A stretch of 64,000 nt of DNA from Azolla caroliniana (Eukaryota; Plantae; Polypodiophyta): positions 1,426,001 to 1,490,000 of the forward strand of contig JBHGNT010000013.1 in assembly GCA_043228905.1 (NCBI GenBank), given 5' to 3'. Positions 26,532 to 38,600 of the stretch are shown piece by piece. The notes below the pieces were generated by a model that did no database searches, was not told where the DNA came from, and was given only the letters and a program-made list of their open reading frames with translations. The stretch's first letter is position 1; each line of letters opens with the position of its first letter. Both the position numbers and the translations under genes were made by a program.

Positions 26532-29520
26532 AACACGTTTGCATTCACAAGTTGAAGGATTGTGCACAAATGGAAGGATAAGGAATATTCTGTTTGATTT
26601 TGGGGCTTTTTTGGCCGTTTCACAAAACACCTTGATACTAGTATCACATGTTCTCAAAAACTTGATGAAAAAGCTAAAATTTTCACCATTTGGTAAAATT
26701 GAAAAATGCCAAATTTTGGCCAAATATGAAAGTAACTGTGTATTTCTAAGGAGAAATTATAACTAGTAGTATTTTAGATCCTAACGAAATCATAAGCGAA
26801 AGATTTCAAAACAATCAACTTTTTTTCTTTTTTATTTCCAAAACAATCAACTTTTTTAATTCATTCGATAAAATGTTGTCTAAATTTGTTACATATTGTT
26901 GTGCAAAAAATACATTTAGGAGTTATTTGCATCACTATCATCATTCCTTTCATGAGAATCTCTACTATAGCCAATATACAATTCTAGCTCTTCCTCCTCA
27001 TTTTCAAATGTACCAATCAAATCATTGTCTTCACCAAATGGTGTCTCCAAATTGTGTACACCGAATCTTGTTCACCTTCAATTTGAGATATCTTCTAGAC
27101 TTGGTAATATCTCTTTTATTATGTCTATTGTTGTCGTCCTTAAACAACCAACTTTTGTCAGTGTAAAGTCATACACAATGATATCCACCTCATTAATGTC
27201 AATGATAGATGTATTACAAAGGTTTAATGCATCACCACATCCAAAACTTTACCAATGCAGAATTTGTGCCCTAGGTCATGGCCATCTACATGTGTAGCTA
27301 TTAATATCCCCATCTTGAGTTCTTGCAAGTTTCCTTGTCACCTAAGTTATGTTCATGTTGTCATCCTTAGTTCCATATAAATGTTTCTCTATTGTAGTGA
27401 ACCAAACTATGAAGATCAACATTAAGTGCTTGAAGTGGTGATTAAGAACCACGTGAATATTTTAAAGACCACGTAAATGGCATTCGAAGGTTCAATTACC
27501 ATCAACACAATTATTAATGGTTTTTTGTTAATTAATGAAGCACATGTTCACCATAAGGTGTCTTGTTGTGCAACATACTTCTTTGCAGCATCGATATGCA
27601 TCTTTTTCTCTTGTAAAAACAAAGATTTTAGTACAATTCGAGTTCATATAAACCCTAAACCTCTTTTATTTGAAAAAAAAGAAGATTTCTAAACATGAAC
27701 TCCATACATTGTATCTACTTAATGTAAAAAACAGAGTTTTCAACACAATTCCATACAATGTATCAAATTCATGTTCAAACTTATTTTTCTCGGATTTAAA
27801 AACATAAAAAAATCGAGCTTGAGTTTATAAAAAAAAACCAAAATTTTCACCACAATTCAATACAATGTATTGAGTTCATGTTTAAAGTAATTCTTTTCAA
27901 TTTATTTCAATTTATCGAATTCATGTTCAATTTTTTATTTTTATTTTTTAAAAATTTAATTTCTTTTAGGAAAAAAAAACTTTAAACATGAATTCGATAC
28001 ATTGTATCAACTTGTAATAAGAACTCTGGTTTTTTCATCACTTCAAATTTTAAAAACAAAAAAGACCCAAAATAAATAGAAAAAAAATCAAATTAAAAAA
28101 TAAGGCCCAAAAGAAAAACTTTAAACATGAACTCAATACATTGTATTGAATTCATGTTGAAAAGTCAACTTTTCGACATGAACTAGATACAATGTATCGA
28201 GTTGGTCTTAAAAACTCCATTTTCAACACAAACTCGATATGATGTATCGAGTACATGTTTTAAGTTGTTTTTAAAAAAAAATTTGATTTTTTTTCGATCT
28301 TTTTGGTTTTTTTTTTATTTTTTTATTTGAAGTGATGAAAAAACCAAATTTTTTATCATAAGTCGATACAATGTATCAAATTCATGTTTAAAGTTGTTTT
28401 TTCCAAAAACAATTTTTTTTTTGTAAAAACAAATTGAAAAACAATTTAAAACATTTGAAAAAAATTACATTGAACATGAACTCGATAAATTGTATTGAAT
28501 TGTGGTGAGAAATCTAGTTTTTTCATCAACTCAAGCTTGATTTTTTATTTTTTTAAATCCGGGAAAAAAAACTTTGAACATGAATTTGATACATTGTATG
28601 GAATTGTGATGAAAACATTGTTTTTTACATCAACTCGATACAATATATCGAGTTCATGTTTAGAAATCTTCTTTTTTTTCAAATAAAAGAGGTTTAGGGT
28701 TTACATGAACTTGAATTGTACTAAAATCTTTGTTTTTACAAAAATAAAAGATGCATATCGATATTGTAAAGAAGTATGTTGCACAACAAGATACCTTATG
28801 GTGAACATGTCTTTCCTTGATTAACAAAAAACCATTAATAATTGTGTTGATGGTAATTGAACCTTGCAAATGCCATTTAATTCACAATTTTGTAGGGGAG
28901 TTCTCAAAATAAAGAAGAGGAGAGCATTGTGGATACCTTGATAACCATGTGATATGTTCAAATTGATATATTAATGTTTACATCTAAGTTTGGCAGTTTT
29001 GACAGTTTATGAATATCGTCTACATTTTAGGAGTTATGGATTTATCAAAATTGTCTATGAATATTGTATACATTTCTTGAGTTGGGAATTTATGGATGTT
29101 AATGAGCACTAAATTTATAGATGATGGCATTAAGGATTACAATGTTACCTCTAATACTTAAAACATTTTCAAGTCTAACAATAGATGTAACTTCCACTTC
29201 TGGAACCTACATCTCCTTAAGACAGTGAAACCATTAATCTTAACTTGTGCCTTGAGTGAACCATTGTGACTTTCTTTAAGTTAACTACATTTCATATCTG
29301 CAGACCATCAACGTTTAAACATTTAGTGAAAAACTATTCAATTTTAGAGATTATCATTTTGAAACTTGTTAAATCTCAAAAAATTAGCAAATTTTACATG
29401 TTATTTAAAACATGTGATATTGGTGTATGAAGTTTCTGAAAATTGCCTAAAATCACAAGATTATAAAAGTAATCTATAAGTGGAATGCACAATCCTTCCA
29501 CTTGTGAACGCGAACATGTT
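26532..29520 (-). mobile_element. Non-autonomous TIR DNA transposon with 4-bp TSD (Sola-like), containing an internal foldback
   Basis: ~35-bp imperfect TIRs (AACACGTTTGCATTCACAAGTTGAAGGATTGTGCA / reverse complement at 29486-29520); TSD ACAA at 26528-26531 and 29521-29524; removal restores the Gypsy frame; transposase C-terminal remnant homologous to 48079-48950. Confidence 0.88.
27474..28879. repeat. ~1.4-kb inverted repeat built from palindromic units CATGAACTCGATACAATGTATCGAGTTCATG
   Basis: Mirror ORFs 27477-27692(+) and 28660-28869(-) are nearly identical; arms pair to a centre near 28190. Confidence 0.9.
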
Positions 29521-31499
29521 ACAACACCATGGCTGATATGCTCTCAAGAGCATGGTTTGAGAACAAGGACGACATGGTGTTGGAAGACGAAGAGGTTGGC
29601 ATGGACTTCTTCAAGTCAGCTTGAAGGTCTGTAGATAGACGGAGCACTCCGGCCTTGAATGAGTTCGACGAGGATGACTATGACGGGGAGTGGTTGCGGA
29701 TTGGGAGGTTCCTAAGAACGATGGTGCTAGACACGGCATGGACGAAAAGCGAAGCGAGCCGGATCCAAAAGGAGGCTTACCGGTTCTTCCTATGGAATGA
29801 CAAGATATGGAAGCACCCGAAGAGACAGACCGACACACCACTTCGGGTGGTGACGAAGAGAGAAGAGTAGACGGTGCTCTTGTCGGAGTTTCACGAAAGC
29901 CTTTGGTCCGGACACCGGGGAACGTGGGCCACATTCGAGAAACTGAAGGAGAAGTATTGGTGGCCGGGGATGTATCATGACGCGCATCACTTCGTGATGA
30001 CATGCGAAAGTTGTAAGATGCATTCCGGAGTCCAGTACCGAGACGAGTTACACCCGACCTACTCACCAGCCATACACTTGAAGTGGATGGTCGTCTTGGT
30101 GACGATGCCAATGGGGGTGGACAGAGTGAAGGCGTGACGAATCATGTGTAAGGTGTAGGGCCAAGCATTGACGATACCTACTGCTCACGAGTGAAGAGGT
30201 GACGAATCAGGTGGAGGGCCAAGCATTGACTAACAAGAGGACCACAACCGTATGATGATTTCTGATAGAGGATGTGATTTGCCGATACGGGTGCATCAGG
30301 AAGATCGTAGCCGATGGGGGGGGCGCTGGATGCACAGGAAGCAGAGGAGTTGTTCGATCGGCTACGGATGAAGCTCTCCCTTACCATGGCATACAATCAG
30401 GAGGCCAATGGGAAAATCGAGCGCGGACATAGGCCAATTGTGAAAGCATTAGTGCGAGCGTGCAACAGACGAGTTAGGAATTAGCCAAGACTGCTACCTT
30501 ACGCTTTATGGGCTGATCGAACTACGCACAATTCGCTAACCGTATACATGTCGGCTGAGCTGATGTTCAAACAGAAGCCCATCATGCCGGTAGAGAGGTC
30601 GATTTCTTCTTGGTTGCCAGTCGACTGGTTGGGAGAGGTGAGCCGGGAAGAGTTGCTCGCGGCACGGATCCGACAGCTCGAGCGAAGGGCGGAGAACGTG
30701 CAGTGAGTGATGGCGAGAATAGAAGAGGCATGGAAGAAGAACAAGGGCGAGTTTGACCAGACACATCGATTCTAGGCGAAGAAGATCGAAGAGGGCGATT
30801 GGATGTTGGTGTATGATTACAACCTAGATAACTAGTGCCGGTCGACCCGGAAGTTTGCAAGGAGGTGGTTCGGGCTGTATGTGGTGACATGCGCCAACGG
30901 CAATGCAACATATCATCTTGTCAAGCTTGACTGGACGAGGATCGTGGTGCCGGTTGTGGGGAAGCGGATAAAGGCCTTCAAGAAACATTTTACAGTGGAA
31001 CCGGATCCAGACATCGAAGACGGAAGCGCCTACGAGGGCAAGGAATCGGATGAAGGCCGGACCGGCGACGGGTCGGAGAAGGAGGAATACAGAACAACCG
31101 GAATCCCCACCGCATCACTACTCGGCACATGTTGGACGGTGTGCGATTTGGTGGGGGTGCATGTCATGAAGGATTCCGGACGTGGAGAGAAACAGAACCG
31201 GATGCGCGTGAATGGGTGTGGGCATAGATACACACAAATTGAGTGTTATGTACAAACATATGTAAATAGTATAGGACTAGTAAGTACTAGGTAGTAGGAT
31301 TTAATGGGTACTTTAAAGTCCCACACACATAGAGAGAATACAAGGATTTGATGTGAAGAAATCTCTGTTGTGTACGTGTTCGAGTCCGTGGGCCCGTGAG
31401 CTCATTGTCGTTGTCCGGCATTTTGACTAGATCAATACACTTCTTCAGGCCGTGCGCTAACCGGCCATAATCCAGGAATTGTTCCGGATCAAACACGTG

Positions 31500-32229
31500 T
31501 CTGGGAACCAAACCATCGAAGCCATCCGGATATCGCTCCAGGTCGCCTTCTCCCTTACCGACACTGGATTGGCCTGTACCGTTGTGCTAGACCACCGAGG
31601 CAGATCTCGTCCTCGTTCACCGTCACGTTGATGGAACCAAGTGCGTCGCTGATATCCTTGATCTTGGTGGTGTAGTCGGTAACCGACATGTCCTATTGCC
31701 AGATATTGTTGAGCTCTTGCCGGAGCTGCAACTTCCGAGCCATGGTACTTGCAGCGAAAATCTTCCAAAGATTTTCCTAGGCCTCTTTCGGCGTTTTTGC
31801 ATCCCTAATGTAGTTGAGCATCTGGTCGTGCAGACAGGATGCAAGACAATACAATACTCTGCTCGCTCCTTGTTCCCATACCGGGAAGTTCTTGTGTGCC
31901 GAATTTGGCGCTGCTACATTTGCTCCTTCCACATACAATGTGCTCACTGATCACTTTTATACAAGTCCTTTAAAGGACTGACAGAAGTACTGACAAGTAC
32001 TTCAATGCTCATACAAGAGACTGACACTAACTCCGAAAAATACGCCTACATACTAGGCTAAATTCGTAGACCTCTAATGGCGTACCAGTTACAATCCAGT
32101 TCGTCTCTCCGATCTGGCTCTTGGTTACGGATACCGATCCCGACATCAATTCGGTTCTTCGTTCTGAACTCTAATCCAGTTCTGCCTTATTCAGTCGATC
32201 CAGATCCGGTTGAGCTTGTCCGCTCAACA
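31500..32229 (-). mobile_element. Bryco-like Copia fragment (gag piece plus partial LTR)
   Basis: Minus-strand gag similar to ORF 49955-50650; LTR start TGTTGAGCGGACAAGCTCAACCGG at 32229 matches the LTR at 32653. Confidence 0.75.
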
Positions 32230-32375
32230 GGGATATTTAAGGAGCCGGTGGTGGCATTCATCGACCATGGATCTGAAATGAACATTAATTTCCATGGAAT
32301 TCTACCAGAAAGGGAAGTGGTAAATCAACATGAAGCATGACTGGACGATAACAACCACCCGAGCAATCGAGGAAT
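32230..32375 (+). pseudogene. Gypsy protease fragment
   Basis: EPVVAFIDHGSEMN motif of the A/B family. Confidence 0.65.
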
Positions 32376-32652
32376 TATGACATACTTTACATATTGATGA
32401 ATTCTATAACTTAATTTTCATATAGAAAATGGATTGATTTCGCGCTATCGTTGCACAAGAGATGCAACGGTATAGATTGTCATGGGCCATGTATGTGTCA
32501 TGGATAAGCCATGGTTCATTATGGAGTTAAACATAGAGGGGAGTTTCATAGCGAACGTGTATTAACTATTGCCATTCTAATAAAATAACAATTAAAAATG
32601 TATATCCCTTATCTCATGTTAACCATTTGTATGGGCCATATCATCATATTCC

Positions 32653-35600
32653 TGTTGAGCGAGCAAGCTCAACCGGATCCGGATTGGCATCCGGAAGGAT
32701 GAGCTGGATCGGTATCCGGATGGTACCCAGAAACAACCGGCCGGATCGGGGAGACGGATCGGAGTAGCAACAGGAAGCCTAGTAGTAGCCTAGACTACTA
32801 GGTAATCATTGTCTCGTAGTTAGTGTCAGTCGCACGTAGGAATATTGAAGTACCTGTCAATACTTCTGTCAGTCCTTTATGGACTTGTATAAATAGTGTT
32901 GTTTAGCATGTTGTATGTATAGAGTTACAGAGTATTTTAATTTTTTTGAATCTATGCTTACGTTCTTCTCTCTCTGTCTCTCCCATGTATACTCTTTGTA
33001 TACTAAGCTTCTCCATTAAACCTTCATCTTATTCTCTGTTGCTATCCGGCTGAGCCTGTTTTGTCTAACGCTTTTGCACATTTACATTCACATGGTATCA
33101 AAGCGCGAGGGTTGAGAACATTTGCAGCCGATAGACGCTTTCGAAGACAAACCCTAATACTCGGTAAGGACAGACAGAGAAAGATATGGATAGAGGTATG
33201 GCGAGTTCACTTCCCACAAAGAAGCTCGACCGGAGCAACTACGCATCCTGGTCATATAAAATGCACTAGTACCTGCTGGGGCATGGGTATTGGAGCTTCG
33301 TGGAACGAACGAATGAGGTAGCGTCGGAGCCGGCACACAATGACTTCCCGGTTTGGGAGCAAGGAGCGAGCCAAGTGTTGTACTGCCTCGCATCCTGTGT
33401 GCAGGACCAGATGCTCGCCTACATAAAGGATGCAAAAACGCCGAAGGAGGCCTAGGGAAATCCAGATCCGGCAAAACCGGTCAGGAGAACCGGCAAAGCT
33501 CGCACTGCACGGAAGGATCGGGAGGACCCGGAACCGGGAAAACCGATAAAGGGCCAGCCTTCGTGATGAAGCACAAGGTTAACTCGATGAAGAAGACTAC
33601 TTCCAAATCGGAGGAAGTATGGTACGTTGATTCCGCAGCGTCCAACCACATGATGAGCCATGAAGAGTGATTGTCGAAACCGGAGACGACACCCCTCACC
33701 CGATTGTGCATGTCAGAGAAGTCCCTTTAAGCCATGTCGGACAAAAGGGGAAGCTGATGAACGTACTACATGTTCCGACTATTACAAAGAACCTGGTGTC
33801 AGTTGGACAAATCGTTGACCAGGGCATGCAGGTGCGGTTTATGCACCTACGGTGCTTCATCGAGGAAGAAGGCCGGATAATTGCGCAAGGGCATAGAGAA
33901 AGGAGGATGTTCATCCTCAACACCAATGACGTTGGCACCGCCATGTTTGTCAAAGGGCAGAAGGTCGAGTCGGACATCGATCTGTGGCACAAGCGGATCG
34001 GCTACATCAACTATCGGAGGCTTCAGGACCTGCAATCAAAACAAGTTGTCTTCAGTTTGCCGAAATTTAGCAGCCAGAAGGCTGAAATTTGTGAAGCCTG
34101 CCAACTCGGGAAGCAACACCGACTTCAATTCCCCACCGAACAAAAACGGAGCCATAACAAGCTGAGAGGAATAGCGCGGAATACTGCTCAGCCACGATCG
34201 AGTCTTGAATTACTTCGATAAGAGTGCAACACAAGAATGGGAATAGAAGTACACACAAAAGAGAGTACACAGGATGTTTAAATGGAAAACCCTGAATAGG
34301 AAAAACCACGGGAGCCCACAGACTCCAACTATCACAATGAAGCAAAGAGGGTAGAATCAAAGACTTGGAGGCAACGACCTCGAGCTCTGTTTCTTTGCTA
34401 ACCGGCGGTTACAATAGAGTATTTCTCTGTATCTCACGCTCTTTCACAGTCGCTCTCACTCTGTACAACAATATATAACAACAATAACAACACACCTATA
34501 AAGTGATTGCCCTAAGTCATATTTATACTTATATGAACTTAGGGCTATTTACAAATATAGCCTCAATAGGCTTGTTTGAGACATATTTACAAATATGTCT
34601 CTCTTCCGGTTCTCACCAGGTCTCCTCCGGTTTCCGGATCTCTTCCGGTTCTCATCGGGTCTCCTCCGGTTTCCGGATCTCTTCCGATTCTCACCGGGTC
34701 CTCTTCATTCATCACCAGGTCCCATCCAGAGAGATTTACTTCCCAACAATCTCCCCCTTCACTCTGGCATGGGATGTCTCGTCATCCCGATCCGCTTTTG
34801 GCACGCATCCAACTTGTCGGTTGTCCACACCTTGGTCAACATATCCGACCCATTCTTCTCCGTGTGGATCTTCGTCAGCATGAACTCTTGATCTTCTACT
34901 TTCTCCTAGATCCAGTGGTACCTCCGTTGGAGCGTTCTTTGCAAAGTGGATGGCGCTTTAACTATCGCAATAGAGCCAGTATGGCAGAGGCATATGGTAT
35001 CTTCATCATATCTATCTTCTCCACCTTAGTCCTCGGGCTTTGTTTTTCAAATAGCTTGCAGTTTGTCAGAAGTGTCGATCCAACCGGTTTCGCCTCCGAC
35101 ATGTTGAACCGTTGAAGCACCTTTGTCACATACTTCTCCTTTGACTACCACAACAGCTTCTTCGACCAGTCCCGGATGATGTGCATTCCCAATATCTGTC
35201 TTGCCGGCCCCAAGTCTTTCATTGAGAAGATCCGGTTGAGAGCCTTCATCAGCATCCGTATCTTGACTTAGTCTCGTCCGACGATCAAGATATCATCCAC
35301 ATATAGGAGGAGTATCAAGAAATCTCCTTCGTCAAATTTCTTCACAAACACATAGTGATCGGCTTGCGTTTTGTGGTACCCTTGGTCGGTCATGAAGGAG
35401 TCGAACTTCCGGTACCATTGTCGGGGGGCTTGCTATAGTCCGTATACACTCTTCTTTAGCCTCCACATCAGATGCTCCTTCCCTTTCTTCTCAAATCCTT
35501 CCGGTTGATGCATGTAAATTACTTCTTCGAGGTCGCCATGTAGGAATGCCGTCTTGACGTCCAGTTGCTCTACCTCGAGGCCCATGCTTGCCGCTATGCC

Positions 35601-38600
35601 CAATACCATCGAATGGATGTCATCTTTACTACCGGGGCAAACATCTCATCGAAGTCCACTCACCACAATTTGGGCCTTATACGTTGGTGGATTTCCGGCA
35701 TCTCCCGGTTTCAACTTGTACACCGACTTGTTCCGGAGTGCTCTCTTCCCTTTCGGCAACTCTGTCAGTTCATATGTGTGGTTCTCATGCAGGGCATCCA
35801 TCTCATCCTACATGGCACTCAACCACTTGCGGTTGTGGGTGTCTCTCTTTGCTTCTTCAAGGCTTTTCGGCTCCCCCTCATCGGTTAGCAACACATGCTC
35901 TACATCCGGAAATCTTCGGGGGACTCTTCTCTCTCGGAGAGGATATCTCCGTCCTCGGTTTCTGACTACCGGTTCCTCCGTTTGTTCCGAATCTGAATCC
36001 GATTTGGGATCTTGTATGGTTCCGGTGTCTTCTTCTTCTTCTTCGGTCGGTTCTGTTTCTTGTCCTTATCCGGCCAGTTCATCAACTGTCATCCGGTTAC
36101 CGGCTAACATCCGGTTTTCAACCGGGTATATCCTTGTGTCCTCAAGCCGGTCTTCATTGGATGATCCGGAGTTCATCATCTTCTTCTCCGACTCCCAGTT
36201 GGCAATGGTCTTGTCTTCCATGAAGACTATGTCCCGACTCCGGAACACCCTCTTGTCGACCAGATCCCACACCCGGTCACCGAACTCATCATTGCCGTAT
36301 CCAAGGAATATGCATGGCCTGGACTTCGGATACAACTTTTCTCTCTTGTCCTTTGCAACATGCACATATGCGAGACACCCGAACACCTTCAGATGCCGGT
36401 AAGATACATCTTTACCGGTCCATACTTTCTGAGGTGAGTCTCCTTCCAAGGGTGCTGAGGGTGATCTATTTATCACATAGGTCACCGTCGTTAGTGCCTC
36501 GGCCCAAAACGTCTTGGGTAACTTTGCATGTGCTAGCATGCTCCGGACTCTCTCCATTATGGTCTGGTTCATCCTTTCGGCCAACCCGTTTAGTTCTGGC
36601 ATCTTTGGCATTGTAAACTCGAGTTGGATTCCCTTCGACCGACAGTACTCCTTGAACTGCCCCCAGTATTCTCCTCCGTCATCTGTTCGAACCACCTTTA
36701 GCTTTCGGCTAGTTTCTCTTTCCACTCTGGCGTGGAGCTCCTTGAAGACGGATAGCACTTGATCCTTCGTCTTCAATGGTGAGACCCACAACTTCCGACT
36801 ATGTTCATCTATCAACATCACGAAGTACTGCGATCCGGCATGTGACTTCGTGTCCACTTGACACACATTGGTATACACCAGCTCCAGTGGTGCATTCCAT
36901 CTCATCGGTGGTCTTGACCTGAAGGAGGTTTGGTTTTGCTTGCCGACCAAGCAATCGGTGCACTTCTCAAGTTGCACATCCTTCACCAGAATGAGGTTGA
37001 CTTCGGCAAGCCTCTTCATCCCCTTCGCACTCATGTGACACAGTCTTTTGTGCCATAGCTCACCGGCAGTGTCAGATGCTATGTTCACTTCTTCCCGGCA
37101 TATCCGGGCATTCATCATGTACAATGTGTTGATCTTCTAGGCTCGAGCCACTATCAAGCTTGCCTTTTTGAACTTCATAACACTGTTCCGGATGCTACCC
37201 GTGTAGCTTTCATCATCTAGCCGACCGGCTGATATCAGGTTCCGTCAAACCTCCGGAACGTGTTGGACATCCTTCAACAACAATTTGCATCTGGTTGATG
37301 TTGTCAACAACATATCTACTATGCCGATAATTCGGCATGTACCTTCATTCCCCATCCAGACACAACCATGATCACCGGATGTGTAGGATGAGAAGCACTT
37401 TTGATCCGGTGTTAGGTGGAACGACACTCCGGAATCGACAACCCATGTTGTCTCGTCGCCGACAAGTTTTTACTCATTCTCTTCGGTAATGAGCATCGGT
37501 TCTTCTTCACTCGTCGCTATTTCCAACGTTCCCTTCCGATCTGGGCGTCTCCGGTTTGAACCGTTTCGGTCCGAATCTTCTTCAAATTAGTAGTGTCGGT
37601 TTCTTTCTCCTTCCGGAAATGTCGGCAGTTCTTCTAGAAGTGTCCCGGCTTCCCGCAATAGAAGCACGTGGGCCTCCCCCTTGACTTCGACCTCATCCCC
37701 GATTTGTCCCGGTTTTGGGGACTCCAATACCGGCCTGTTCCCCGGTTGTGATCATCTCCTGTGACCAAGGCCTTTGGATTGGTTCTGGACTCCCGGTCCT
37801 TCCGGCGAGCTTCTTCATCTATCAAGCTTGATTTTACCCTTGCTAGGGACAACTGTTTTCCTTCTGGCCTGGCATTGCCCAACGTGACAACTAACGCCTC
37901 CTAGCTATCCGGGAGGGAACCGAGGAGGAGCAATGCGAGTACCTCATCGGCGAGAGGTTCTTCCAACGAGGTTGCTTGGTGTATCAGCCCTTGGAAGGCA
38001 TTCATGTGCTCCGCCATACTGGAATACAGAAACCCGATTAACGCCATTCTTGTTCTGGAACATGATGTCGATCTTCTCCCAGAGTTCATGAGCCTTGCTC
38101 TCTTCATTGAAGTTGTTGTATAGGCTCGTGTCGATGATGCACCGGATATATGCCGTCGTCTTCATGTGCATCACCTCCCACACTGTGGCGTCGATCTTAT
38201 CCAGTCTCTTGTCCCCGAACTGAACCGGCAACCAAAGATCTTTAACCACCAGCATATCCCTCATCTTTGACTTCCATAGTGAGTAGTTGGAGCCCGTGAG
38301 CTTGAACATGCCCCCGAACGATTCTTCCATTTCCTGTGTTGTTCGATCTGATACCAATTTGAGAGGAATAGCACGGAATATTGTTCGGGCATGACCGACT
38401 TTTGAATTACTTCGCCAACCGGCAGTTACAACTGAGTATTTCTCTCAATCTCACGCTCTCTCACAGTTGCTCTCACTCTATACAACAATATATAACAACA
38501 AAAACAACACACCCATAAAGTGATTGCCCTAAGTCATATTTATACTTATATGAACTTAGGGCTTTTTACAAATATAGCCTCAATAGGCTTGCTCAAGACA

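Larger units (their letters stand above)
24884..31490 (+). mobile_element. Gypsy E (family of A/B): decayed pol, PPT and partial 3' LTR, interrupted by a TIR element
   Basis: RT 24942-25880, RNase H to 26531 resuming at 29521 (ISGRD|NTMADML), integrase to ~31090, PPT 31145-31161, LTR starting TGTCATGAAG at 31162; right end approximate. Confidence 0.85.

Noticed and set aside
35554-36402. 282-aa plus-strand ORF and similar long antisense ORFs over pol genes
   Set aside because: Antisense shadows of GC-rich Copia/Gypsy coding sequence with no independent motifs
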